A stretch of 64,000 nucleotides of DNA from Tubulanus polymorphus (Eukaryota > Animalia > Nemertea): contig NC_134028.1 of the NCBI RefSeq assembly GCF_964204645.1, positions 12,757,263 to 12,821,262 of the forward strand, written 5' to 3'. Each line of letters starts with the position of its first letter. Within the stretch, counting starts at the first letter, position 1. The position numbers were made by a program, and so were the translations under genes. Below, piece after piece: positions 14,227-26,175 of this stretch. The notes below the pieces were generated by a model. The model was not told the origin of the DNA. It worked only from the letters and a program-made list of their open reading frames with translations, and did no database searches.

Positions 14227-15478
14227 AGGGGTCATGAAGAGGTTTTGAAAAAAATTTTAAATCTAATTTTTTTTGTATAAAACATTCACCGTATGCATCT
14301 ATAGTAGTCTCGTGAAAAATTTTTTAAATATCTTTATCCAAACACGAGAAAAGCCCGTAGCAACGGCCCTAGCAACAGGACGCTCGCGTTTGCGCGGTGA
14401 TGTTGATGACGTCATTCTGAGAACACATCGCCTGCAGCACCCTCAGAAGCGTTATTATACAATGCTCATTTTCATTGAATATCGCGCTAATTTTACAGTC
14501 TTTCGAAATGCCTTGGCTGTGAATAGCTATGAACTGTTCCCACAAAGGCAGCGACAAATTTTAGTGGCCGAAACCAAAACCATAAGATGATGCACCATAA
14601 GAGCGAAAACACCCGGCCTATGGTGTAAACTAGCTTCACACTTCACACAGAAAAGGATTCTCGCAAATATTACGGCACACATAAACTTGGATACACAAAA
14701 CTTATGTTTTTATTATCTTAGAGCCTTTTATCCTGCCAAGTGACGCTATTTTTGCGAATTAAATACGTAGTAAGAGATACGCGCTTTCCACTGCATATAG
14801 TACTGGCTTTCCCCAGTGACCTACATCGCTGTAGTATGTACAACATACTTACTAGTGTATGTATGCAGCACACATTACTATTACTCGGCCGCCGGGATGG
14901 CGCAGGCTCGGCTGGGATTCACGAACAAGTTTACGGTTTCAGGACGCTTTTATGGTCCAGTACTGGATAAAAATATCTCTACCCACAGAAATATCTGCGA
15001 TGTCTATATCAGTCATCCCCTCCGCGTGGTTTTTAAAGAGAGGGAATGACTTAATGACGATGAATGCTCGCTGCTCCAGACGTAGAAATATGCTGTACTC
15101 TATAGTCACAAATTCCTTCGTTCTGAGGCATCAGGTCCAAATTAAATGGAATAATTTTGACTGTCTATTAATAACAACTGTTGGCTTCGTAAAAAATCAG
15201 ACGTTTGATTGGAATCTGATGTATTTGAGTCACTATTTTGCACTTTAAACGCTGTTAGTATCACCCGTTACAATACACCATGTTGTTTTGGTTTGGGTTC
15301 TCAGAATGACGTCAGACTTTCGGGTTGGGAAGGAATCAGCGCGGCTGTTCAAAAGTCTCATTTTGACACTAATTGAAGAATTAGAAATTAATTTCTTGAC
15401 CACTAAATCAATAAATAGGGTATAATTGATGATAAAAAATACTTTTAGCCATATCTCAAAAACCTCTTCATGACCCCT
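14227..15478 (+). mobile_element. Non-autonomous Kolobok-like DNA transposon, copy 1
   Basis: TIR AGGGGTCATGAAGAGGTTTT, TTAA on both flanks, RR..YY termini; copies at 46478 and 47729. Confidence 0.8.
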
Positions 15479-16584
15479 TTAACGTTTATTTGCTACCTGG
15501 GATATACTCCAATTAATGTAGGTGGTGCTGGCATCAACAGTATACCATTGACTTATACACCCCCTAGATGGCGAATTAGTGAAAACCAACTCCTACAACG
15601 CACTCCACTGGTTGCCTGCATGTAAAGCAAGTGTGCACTATATAAGCATTACTTGCTGGTAGATACTCTATTTAACACTCGGCATCTGGTTGTTATAACA
15701 AGAAAATTAATTTTAGAAAATTATTTGACGCCTGCGAAAAAAATGTAGAATTTCTGGGCTAAGCTAATGTGGAATTGCAAATTTGAAATCGAAGTTTTAA
15801 GAAATTTGGGGAATGATGAGATTTGGCGATTGGGTAGATGATACAGGTCTTGACTCTAGTAGTGGTTTAAATTTTTTTATTGAAAATTCTCAATGATCGC
15901 GAACTTGCGACCGACTTCATTTACTTATGCCTCTAAGCTGGTCTGCAACTTCATTGCCTCCATGGTTGAAGAAAGAGCTCTTCTGATGTCTGCTTCATCA
16001 TGACTTCGAGCATATCGTGTGGCCTAGCCAGCCGGCCCGGTCCCCGGGCCCGGGCCACGGGTTTGGCTGTCACTCGATATCCTTGAGTCTTGAGTCTGGG
16101 TGGGTTGAAGTAGACATTGTCATTTAAAATAACATGCTTATGTTGTTCTGTATGAATTACCCGTGTGTCATGTATGTTGTATTAATTTATTTTAAAATTT
16201 GTATTTATTGAATTTGGGAATTTTATCCCGGAATTTCAATGTAATAAGGATCAATAAAGAATTGAATTGAATTGTCACCTAATACACATGCCATCAGAGG
16301 ACGCGGAGCCGTATATGACAGCTATGCTATTATAAATTGCTAATCTCACGAAACCTGCATACTCCTAATATCAAACATATTTTCTAAAACGTTTGAATAT
16401 TGAAATTATATGTTTACACATTTTCATATTTACCGCTTGTAGCCGCTGATGAAATTCACGCCGGTCCTACACACATCGTAGATAGCTTCGTCATTCCACC
16501 CGGCATGCCCACGTCAGGGTCTGACTTTTATATCAGACTTCCAAATCGTGTATACATCCGCCATTTAACCGAATAATCCGATTT

Positions 16585-16941
16585 AAAATAAATTCTCACA
16601 CGCTCGAATTTATTTTTCATTTTTATGAGTTTCGCGAGTAATTCAAGTAGAAATTGTTATTATTTTCATGTTTTTCATTTTTTACTCCCCCGCCCGTTCA
16701 ACCTTTAGCTTGAAAGCCCATTATCCCTATTACTCTTAAAATATTTATATACATGAATAAAATATATATGAATAACATATAAATTGATAGATTATTCAAT
16801 ATAAAAGTGTGAGTAAAGTGTGAGCTCTTATAGAATAGATATAAAAGTATATATTTACAACATTATTTCAATATTCATATTTGTGTGAGTTAGATTTTTA
16901 AACATTAAAAGTGTTAGTAAAGTGTGATTGAAATAATGCAT
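16585..16941 (+). repeat. Left terminal inverted repeat of E2
   Basis: Near-perfect reverse complement of 33831..34189. Confidence 0.92.
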
Positions 16942-17672
16942 AGCTGTTTATACTAGAACATGATTCTATTTGAGCCTATATACATTTCATGTAATGAACT
17001 ATTGAATAAATCTATAAATTCACAGCTGTTACAGCCGTTACAATGACGCCGAGACATATGAATCATTATTGCAAACGTGTAGAGAACACTCTAGAACCAG
17101 AACCAGATGACGTGGCAAGAAATGAACAGGCGCTGTAACATTATGCTCAGGATATTCTATCTCTCGAAACGAAATTAGGAGTTTATAGTTTACAATTCTA
17201 AATCTAAATGTAAGTACTGTTTTTGTAGTTATTAGGGCTATTAAATATGAAACCTTTAGATATATTAAAGTGTATTTAGTATATCTTTTAGATGGCTAGA
17301 GTTGCCGCTAATATCTTTTAGATTAATAAAACACCATACGCATCAAGAAGTGATAGAGAAACTCAAGATACTCTTTCTGACTGAGGAATCAACAGCAATG
17401 GGGATATCGAACCAATAGAAATTAGCACAAGAAACAAGAATCGCCAAAAGATCGACGAAGAAACTATATAAGATTTTCAAAAACATTAAGACTCCAATGA
17501 TTAAGTTAAACATTTGTTGATGTAGTTAAATATTTACCAGCAATTGAAAAAATGCTTGTAATTATAAATTGTATTTATAGAAATCAAATAATGTATTGGA
17601 AGAAACGACTGAACAATTTGTATAATGTATTGTGTAAATCTGTTTGGTGAATTTTTATGTTCGGTCGTTTCT

Positions 17673-17859
17673 ATTATGATTAGCGCATGCGCATTGATCC
17701 AAACCGGGCTTGAATGCCCGGTCTTGCCTAGTGCACATGTGTTTTGATATTTCATGTCGGTTGTTTCTATTTTACAGAATTTATAGAATGAATATATAAT
17801 TATGATTAGCGCATGCGCATTGATCCAAACCGGGCCTGAATGCCCGGTCTTGCTCAGTG
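17673..17859 (+). promoter_or_regulatory. Two ~60-bp direct repeats, each with a GCGCATGCGC palindrome and an ACCGGGC..GCCCGGT hairpin
   Basis: Copies start at 17673 and 17799; GCGCATGCGC matches the NRF1/P3A2/EWG consensus; regulatory role inferred. Confidence 0.5.
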
Positions 17860-17992
17860 GTATTATTTAGATATCAAGGAATCGAAACAACTTATCAAAA
17901 GCAGCGAGGAATGAAAAAGGATGACGTTGGTCGAAGAAATGGAAGAGGATTCTAAAATATTAACCAATTTAGTAAAAAAATATGTATAATAA

Positions 17993-18664
17993 ATGGAACC
18001 AGAACAACCACAAAGTATTAATATTACAAATAACACTGGTGGTGTTATAAATATATATTACAAGAAGTGTTCTAAGTGTGAATTAGATAAATTAGCTTTA
18101 ACAGAATTTAGTAAGCGTAAGATTAGCAAAGATGGTTTTCAATATTGCTGTAAAACTTGTTTTAAACTATATACCAAACAATACCGAGAAGATAATAAAG
18201 AATCTTATAATGATTATATGGCAGAATATATGAGAGAAAGATATCAAACAGATCTTAATTTTAGATTGAAACAATGCTTAAGATCTAGATTAACACAATT
18301 ATTCAACAAAGAAACGCATTCAGACACACTATCTAATTTATTGGGTTGTTCAGATGAATTTTTCATATCATGGATAATATATTAATTCGATGATAAAATG
18401 AATTATGATAATTATGGTGAATACTTTCATATTGATCATGTGTTGCCGATTTCTAAATTTAACATGAATGATGAATACAATAAAAAACTTATTTGGAATT
18501 GGAAGAATCTAAGACCTTTAGAAAAGAAGGAAAACATAATTAAATCTAATAAACTAGATTTACAGTTATATTTAGAACAGTTAACAAAGGCAAAGAAATT
18601 TATTGATCAATGGAACAATGATCCAAATAATGAACAATACGTTGAGTCTTTAATGAGTGGTTAA
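17993..18664 (+). pseudogene. HNH endonuclease of the type common in large dsDNA viruses; single in-frame stop
   Basis: CSKC..CKTC N-terminus, LGC, MNYDNYG..HIDH..P, NLRPL...N..KSNK; TAA at 18383-18385 in frame with the downstream ORF. Confidence 0.8.
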
Positions 18665-18909
18665 AGAATAATAGATTTTAAATAAAAAATATTAAAAAAA
18701 CAATAACTTCAACTAGCTAGTGAATTCTATTATATTTTTAATATTTTCTTTTCAAAAAAGAATACTTTATATCACAAATAAAAAATACTAAAAAAACAAT
18801 AACTAATACTAGAATTCTTTACCTTTAACTAACTAGTATTAACCCAAAGAGATAATAGTATCATTTGAAGAATACTTATAATATTTTTTTGCTTTTTTCT
18901 CTAATATAA

Positions 18910-19512
18910 ATGTCAAAGAAATCTAATAAGAATAGTTTTGATATTGAAAAGACATTAGATGATTTGGGTATTAGTGATAATAAGGATGCAGTTGTTTCTA
19001 ATTCTATTCAAGTTAATAACAATATTGATTATGAATACTATTTATATTGTAAGCATCATCTAGAACTATTGATTGCCGGTGGAAAAACTAAAGAGTTTTT
19101 AACTAAGACTATTACTTTTCAAGAATTAGATGTTATGAAACCAGATAAAGTAATAAAATATTTTAAGATTTATGAAGAGTCAAGATTAGCTTGAATAAAT
19201 GATTCTATTTCAGATGGTATCGTCAAATGTTATTCTAAGTTATGTAACCACTTAATACCAATTGATGATGAAAATAAATTATATAGTGATTTGAAAAATG
19301 ACTACTTAGTTATGACTGAATTACAAAAATGGGTTGGATATGCTTCATTCCAATTAGGATCGGTTATGACATTAATTTCTACTGGCGTCATAACATTTTC
19401 GAACATCAAACCTATGGAATATAAATCAGGCAAGAACGAAACAGATGTACTACAACCAAGCGGCGAAACAGAAAATGAATCTGAACAAAAATTAACTAAA
19501 ATAAATGAGTGA
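18910..19512 (+). pseudogene. Conserved hypothetical protein, in-frame TGA at 19192
   Basis: Homolog of 54361..54966 (YLYCKH.LE.LIA.GK, LKNDYLVMTEL). Confidence 0.8.
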
Positions 19513-19873
19513 TAGCGTTAAGAAGAAGCCTAGATCCGAGAAACAAATTATATGGGCAAGAAAATTAGGTAAAAGATCTTCAGAATTAAAAAAAGCTAAG
19601 AAAAAGAAATTAACTGATATGAATGAATCACAGACTTTATCTGATATTGATTCAAATAATAATCCATCTAATTCTTCTAATGCTGGAAGTAATTATAAAT
19701 TATATATTACAATTGGATTAGTAACAGTTATTATATTATCCGGTGTAATATATAAATCAAAATTCAAATCCGATGATAAAGATGATTCCAATGATAATAA
19801 ACCTATCATACCAGAAAATAAGTCAAATGATAAAGTCATTGAAAATAAACCAAGATTATTATTAATGGATTAA
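19505..19873 (+). CDS. Basic N-terminus plus single-TM protein (candidate virion core/membrane protein)
   Basis: KKKPRSEKQ..W.RKLGK then LYITIGLVTVIILSGVIY; decayed homolog at 54077..54428. Confidence 0.7.
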   Translation: MSDSVKKKPRSEKQIIWARKLGKRSSELKKAKKKKLTDMNESQTLSDIDSNNNPSNSSNAGSNYKLYITIGLVTVIILSGVIYKSKFKSDDKDDSNDNKPIIPENKSNDKVIENKPRLLLMD

Positions 19874-19879
19874 AATAAG

Positions 19880-21010
19880 ATGAAAAAAGAACAATATTTA
19901 AGAGATTTATATTATAACCCAGAAAGTGAAGTATCATATTCTAACGTTACAGAATTATGGGGTAAAATTAAATCTGATAATGAAAATGGTAATGGTGCCG
20001 TATGGCACCCACACGGTGATATAAAATATAGTGAATTGAAATCATGGTTACAAAATCAACCAACATATCAAATCCACAAGAAAATGGATAAAACTTATTT
20101 AACAAGAAAAGTTATGGTTTCATATATTGATCAACAATGGCAAGCAGATTTAATTGACATGAAGAACTTAGAAGAACACAACAAAGGATATTTCTGGATA
20201 TTAAATGTTATAGACATATTCAGTAGATACGCATGGTCAATTCCAATCAAAAATAAAACTGGAATAGAAGTGACAAATGCTTTTAAATCAATATTTAAAG
20301 AAGCTATTCCAGATAAGATACAATTTGATGAAGGTAAGGAATTTTATAATAAAAATTTTTAAAAACTATTATCTGATAACGATGTAGATTATTTTTCAAC
20401 ACATTCAGATAAAAAAGCATCTATTATAGAAAGGTTTAATAAAACATTGAAAACTAGAATGTGGAAATATTTTACTGCTAATGAAACATATATTTATATC
20501 GATGAGTCTATAAATATATTAGATGATTTAGTGAAAGGTTATAATAATTCTAAACATTCAAGTATTGGTATGAAACCTATACAAGCTAGAAAAGAAGATA
20601 ATTCGGAAATAGTTTGGAATAATTTTTATGGAGCGTTTGTTACACATGATTTCGGCGAATCTAAATTTAAAATTGGACAACACGTAAGAATATCTAAATA
20701 TAGAAAAACCTTTTATAAAGGTTATACGCCTAATTTTACAGAAGAAATATTCAAGATTAAAAAGATAATATTAACTAAACCATTTGTTTATAAATTAGAA
20801 GATTTAAAAGATGAAGAAATATTAGGTTATTTCTATGAACAAGAATTATCACTTGTACCAAATCCAGATGAAATAGAATACGAAATAGAAAAATTATTCA
20901 AATCAAAAACTCTTAAAGGAAAAAAGTATTCTTTGGTGAAATATAAAGGATATGATGATAAATTCAATGAATGGATTTTATCTAGTAAAATTAAAAGAAT
21001 AAATGAATAA
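19880..21010 (+). pseudogene. Retroviral-type (rve) DDE integrase with C-terminal chromodomain; in-frame stop at 20360
   Basis: QWQADL, IDIFSRYAW, QFDEGKEF, IERFN and YEIEK...LVKYKGY..KFNEWI. Confidence 0.92.
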
Positions 21011-21503
21011 AGATTTATTTATATTTGAACCGCATAATATGTTAGTTACTGGAGTAACCAATTGTGGTAAAACACATTTCATATTAGATTTGTTAGAAAC
21101 TATATATGCGAAACATTTTGATTATATAATATTATTTTGTCCTACTTATGAAATGAATGAAACATATAATAGAGATATAGTTAAGATGAAAAAGTTTATT
21201 ATATTAAATCCTAAAACAGTAAAAGAAAATTTAGATAATTGTATTAAAATAGCAATTGATACTTATAAAGGATCAAATACATTATTCATTATAGATGATT
21301 GCGCAAATTTACATGATTCAAAAGTTAGAGAAAGTGAGTTATGTTATTTAGCTTTTTCTGGTAGACATTTTGGGATAACAACATGGGTCCAAATTATACC
21401 TACTGAATTACAGGATGAATATATGAATAAATTAAAGAATAATAAAGGTTCAAAATTATTACTGAGATTACAATTTCCATATGAATATAAATTTATAAAA
21501 TAA
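21003..21503 (+). pseudogene. A32/FtsK-like packaging ATPase with internal deletion
   Basis: Walker A GVTNCGKT, Walker B IIDD, GRH motif; lacks ~37 aa present in 55287..55880. Confidence 0.88.
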
Positions 21504-21552
21504 CTATTTATATATCTATGTATTAGATACCCTAATACCCTAATACCTGATA

Positions 21553-22166
21553 CCCCCTTATGTCTTTATTATCTTTAGTACTTTTAGTACTTTTAGTACA
21601 TAAAGAATAAATCTTCATATTATTAATACTTTAAAAATAAAATAGAACTACTAAACTACTAAAGATAATAAAGATAATAAAGACATAACCAAACACACAT
21701 AGATTTATCATTACTGAATCAAATATATATAATAAATCTGTGAGATAAATAAATCTATGATATTTATTACATCTATATGTGTTTGTTATGTCTTTATTAT
21801 CTTTAGTACTTTTAGTACTTTTAGTACATGAAAAATAAATTTTTATTTTATTAGTACTTAGAAAAATAAATATATAAATAATTTTTATATATGATAAATC
21901 TATGATATTTATCATTATTAAAACAGTAATATATAATAAATATGCGCCATAAATAGATTTAATTATTGAAACAGTAATATATAAAATCCATCAGATGAAT
22001 AAATATAATTATTGAAACAGTAATATATATATATATTTATGTCTTTATTGTCTTTAGTAGTTTAGTAGTTTTAAAAATAATTTTATTCACTACTAATAAA
22101 ATAAAGAATTATTCTTTATGTACTAAAAGCACTAAGCCTACTAAAGACAATAAAGACACAAGGGGG
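21553..22166. repeat. ~615-bp foldback region between convergent gene blocks
   Basis: Ends CCCCCTTATGTCTTTATT.. and ..AATAAAGACACAAGGGGG, TA on both sides, nested internal repeats. Confidence 0.85.
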
Positions 22167-22200
22167 TATTATATTCATATTTTAAATTACTTTTCTGATT

Positions 22201-23397
22201 CTAATCTGAAAACAATTTGAGCCATGCATGTTTTAATTCTTGTGATTTTCTTTCACCTAATAGTTTAGTATGATAACCAACACTATTCAAACCCTTAGCA
22301 AACAATTCATAAGTCAAATAAATATATTGGTTTAATTTGTCTTCACTTATATTTTTATATTTATTTTTTGCATCATTTCTTATTTTATTTATAACATCTT
22401 GTGAAAAATCTTCATAACTGTAGTATTGAATTATTTCATCAAAGTTATCACTTATGTTATCATTAGCAGCAACTTTTTTCAATTCTGTTAAAAAATCTAT
22501 ATTTTTAAATTTTATGAAATAATGTATACCCCAATAATTATATAGATCAATTTTTATACGCGTCCGACCAGTTTCAATATCTAATAATACTTGTTTTGGA
22601 TTATTTCTTACATAATCGATAAAAATTGATCTATATAATTTCCTATGATAATTATTTTTGATATCAAAAAATACAGTTAGTACTCTATAAAGGTTATTTG
22701 AATCAGCAGCTTTTATTGTATGTTCAAAAGAATTATCATGTTTAATTCTATCTTTAGGTAATACAACAACATTACACTTTTCACATATATTTCTTTCTAT
22801 ATTATCCAAATGTATTTGTGTTAATTTATGCTTTGAAAAATTACTACGACTTATATATTTATCACATTCTTCACAATATTTATCTTCTTTAACATTATCA
22901 TTATCAATTTCACTATCATTATTCAATTCAATTATAGTCTTATTCTTATTTTTCTTATGCTTGAGTGAATTAAGATGAGTTGCCCAATTCTTATAACTTT
23001 TATACTGTTATCATACGTCACAATATTTTTCATTTGTCTTTTTTGATTCAATATCATATGTAGAGGGTATATTATAAGATGTAGATGCTGTTACATCTTC
23101 TATTTTAGTTTCCATATTATTACTATCTTCTATTTTAGTTTCAATATTATCTTCAATTTTATATTCAATATCATTCTTAGCTTCTATTTTAGTTTCAATA
23201 TTATCTTTTATTTTATAGTCAATATCATTCTTATCTTCTATTTTAGTTTCAATATTATCTTTTATTTTACTTATTATATATTTGAATTGATTAAAGTAAT
23301 CTCCAAAATACTTACTGTATTCATCATGAGGTAATATATAATATATATCTGATATCATTTCACTTGGAGTTTGTATTTCATATATTCCACCTTCCAT
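22201..23397 (-). pseudogene. Multi-zinc-finger protein with KIEDNIET repeats, disrupted
   Basis: Homolog of 4772..5921; split near 23011. Confidence 0.78.
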
Positions 23398-23429
23398 TTA
23401 TTATATAAATTTTTATTAAAGTTAAAATT

Positions 23430-24676
23430 TTAATACATAACACTATTTAATTGAGAATTTACAATATTTAATTGCGCGTCAGATATAATATAAATGTGCA
23501 TTTTGAATTTAGACTTCCTTTTTTCTTTGTCATGAATAATTGTATTCCATCTTTAGTGTTTTGTAATTTTTTTCCAGAACCATGTAATGAATTATCCTCT
23601 GTTGTTCTAAAATCAAACCATAATGCATATTTATTACCGGTATAATAATCAATTTGATTAATATTACAATTTTCAGATGATTTTACTTTTTCATTCATAC
23701 AATGTTTTCTAATTTCTGGCCATTGATCAATCATTCTCATTCCTTGACAAAATATTTTATTTGCTATTCCTTCGATAGTTATTTCTACTTTTGTTATTTC
23801 AGGATTATAATACTTATCAACCTGTATTGCGCCATTAGAATATGTTGCAATAGTAAAAAATATTAATATACCTTTAATAGATCTTCTTGGGAAGTTATTA
23901 TTCTCATTAATTATTTCATCATTTGCATTAATAGTTACAGTTTTAAATTTATCAATATAATCATATAATAAGGAAAATCCTTGATTGTATTGAGTTTGAA
24001 TTGTGCTAGCAATATTTTCATTAGTTACTGTGTCATATTCTAAACATACATTCGATAATTTATAACCCATATCTTTAGCAACGCTGGATATTACAATTTC
24101 ATTTACAGGAGCAAATGTTATCTCAAATATAACGTCTTCTTGAATTGCATATTTATATAAAGGTGCATTATTATTTATCAATTCAAAGTCTAATGGAATT
24201 TTATATTTGCTTCCATAAATCTTTTTTATCAAATTATCTGCGGTACGAGTTACTATTGCGTCATTAGCTCCTGATCTTAATTTATTTTGGTTTTCTGATT
24301 GGATGCCTTGAAATATCATATTATTTCTATTTTCTTTTGTTAACCATAAATCTTTATAATGCATAAATAAATTATAATCATCTAATGAGAAAACTGTTTC
24401 TGGGCCGATCTTTATAGTTAATTTTTTAATCAAATATCTTCCAACATTATCAACAACATAATTATTATTATTACCGAGTACTTTTATATCGGCTGATAAA
24501 TAAATACTATTTGGAACATAAAAAGTATTTTGTGTTAATCGAGGAATTCTAACATATAAAGTTTCATCAGGATTAATATTAGAAGGGTTATGAGTAATTA
24601 TATGATGTCATCTTTCTGCTTTAATAGCATTAGATATTCTATGATTCTTAGAAGGATTGATATAACTCCCACTCAT
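23430..24676 (-). pseudogene. Major capsid protein (stop near 24609, C-terminal frameshift)
   Basis: Near-identical to the E1 and E3 MCPs; ATG at 24676. Confidence 0.82.
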
Positions 24677-24696
24677 TTATTTAACAAATAAATGAA

Positions 24697-26160
24697 TTAT
24701 TTATTTTTTATCATGTTTACTAATCCAAAAATAATAGCACTTACAACTGTAATTAAAAATAAAATAATACGTTCAGCAGCAAAGTTAATAATGTTTCCAG
24801 CAGATTTCAATATAAAACCAACAATTGATGTAATAATTCCTGGCAATACTGCAGCAGATTTTTTAGATAGTTCCCATAAATATTTTGCTAATTTTTTTAA
24901 ACCATCTTTAACTTTATCTTGTATAGAATTATTATCATTCGGGGGTTCATCCGGTTTATTGGGAGTAGGAGTAGATTTTAAAGAATTTGATATAGCTAAA
25001 CCAATTGTTGTAAATACCATAGTTACAGCTGTTAGAATTGAAAGAATTGTTATTCCTTCAAACTTAAATAATAATTTTATTCTATCTTTTAGTGATATGT
25101 CAGAATTTGGTTTTAGTATTAACTCTTTAACAACAACTTTTAATCTATTAATACAATAATCATATGATTTTAATAATAATTTCATTTTTTCTTTCTGAAA
25201 TTCTATGTTATATTCTAAATCATCTTTTTCTTTTTCTAAATACGCATTTCTTTTTTTAAATTCAATTTTTTCAATAACTTTATTATCTCTATCTAATTTT
25301 AGTTGTTCCGATTCTTTTCTTGATTTAAACAATTCATCTTCTAAAGTTCTAATTTTTAAATCTCTTATATTTTTATCATGCGCAATTTTATCAGCTTCAT
25401 TTCTTATACTAATAATTTCTCTAATTGCTTTATCAGAAAATATATCTAAATCTTCTAATTCTTGATCTGTTGCATCAAGTAATCCATTCGGTAAAAGTTT
25501 TTCAATTGGAACTTTATTTGATTTAAGTTTACTAGTTTTGGAAGTTTTATTCTGTTCAGAAGTTGTTTCTGTTTCTAAATTATTATCGATTGTTTCAAAT
25601 AATTTATTAATTCTTTGTTTAAATACTCTTTTATTTTGATTTATTTCTTCTTGTGTTACATCTTCTATTTCATTACTATTTATTATTCTCTTAATTCTAG
25701 ATGAGTCAAACTTAAGCAAAGTTGATTTTGCTATTATTTTTTCTTCTTTTTTATTAGAGATATTAATATAATAATCCGAATCATCTTTCAAACTATAATA
25801 ATATTCACCATCTAAAAACTTTAATTCTTTTACTAAAAATCTGGCGCCGCTATTATTTATATTATATCCAGAATCTTTAGATACACGTTGAAAATCATAC
25901 ATAAATTCATAATTTTCAAAATTTTTTCTTTCTAAACCTGGGTCTAAATTTTCAGTAGGTATTCTCGATCTAGTTCTTCTAACATATTCCTCTGTTGATG
26001 GGGCTTTAGAACCACTATCTGCTAAATTAGAATTATATGTTGTTGTATCATTATCATTATCAATATTAGTATCAGCAGTCATATAATCATCATCGTTAGT
26101 AGTGGCTTCATTATTATTTCCCCTGTTTTTCATTTCATAATCTTCTCCTTCTACATCCAT
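24697..26160 (-). CDS. Coiled-coil protein with multiple C-terminal hydrophobic helices (candidate membrane/entry protein)
   Basis: Intact 487 aa; heptad-rich middle; LKDRIKLLFK.EGITILSIL.. and LPGII.SIVGFILK.. segments. Confidence 0.75.
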   Translation of the reverse strand: MDVEGEDYEMKNRGNNNEATTNDDDYMTADTNIDNDNDTTTYNSNLADSGSKAPSTEEYVRRTRSRIPTENLDPGLERKNFENYEFMYDFQRVSKDSGYNINNSGARFLVKELKFLDGEYYYSLKDDSDYYINISNKKEEKIIAKSTLLKFDSSRIKRIINSNEIEDVTQEEINQNKRVFKQRINKLFETIDNNLETETTSEQNKTSKTSKLKSNKVPIEKLLPNGLLDATDQELEDLDIFSDKAIREIISIRNEADKIAHDKNIRDLKIRTLEDELFKSRKESEQLKLDRDNKVIEKIEFKKRNAYLEKEKDDLEYNIEFQKEKMKLLLKSYDYCINRLKVVVKELILKPNSDISLKDRIKLLFKFEGITILSILTAVTMVFTTIGLAISNSLKSTPTPNKPDEPPNDNNSIQDKVKDGLKKLAKYLWELSKKSAAVLPGIITSIVGFILKSAGNIINFAAERIILFLITVVSAIIFGLVNMIKNK

Positions 26161-26175
26161 TTACATAATAAAAAA

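Noticed and set aside
14273-15248. Short ORFs within the Kolobok-like elements
   Set aside because: No transposase motifs; frames not conserved among the three copies
24692-25465. Plus-strand ORFs (also 1381, 2645, 4763, 58309, 59149 and those opposite gag/pol)
   Set aside because: Antisense shadows of real genes
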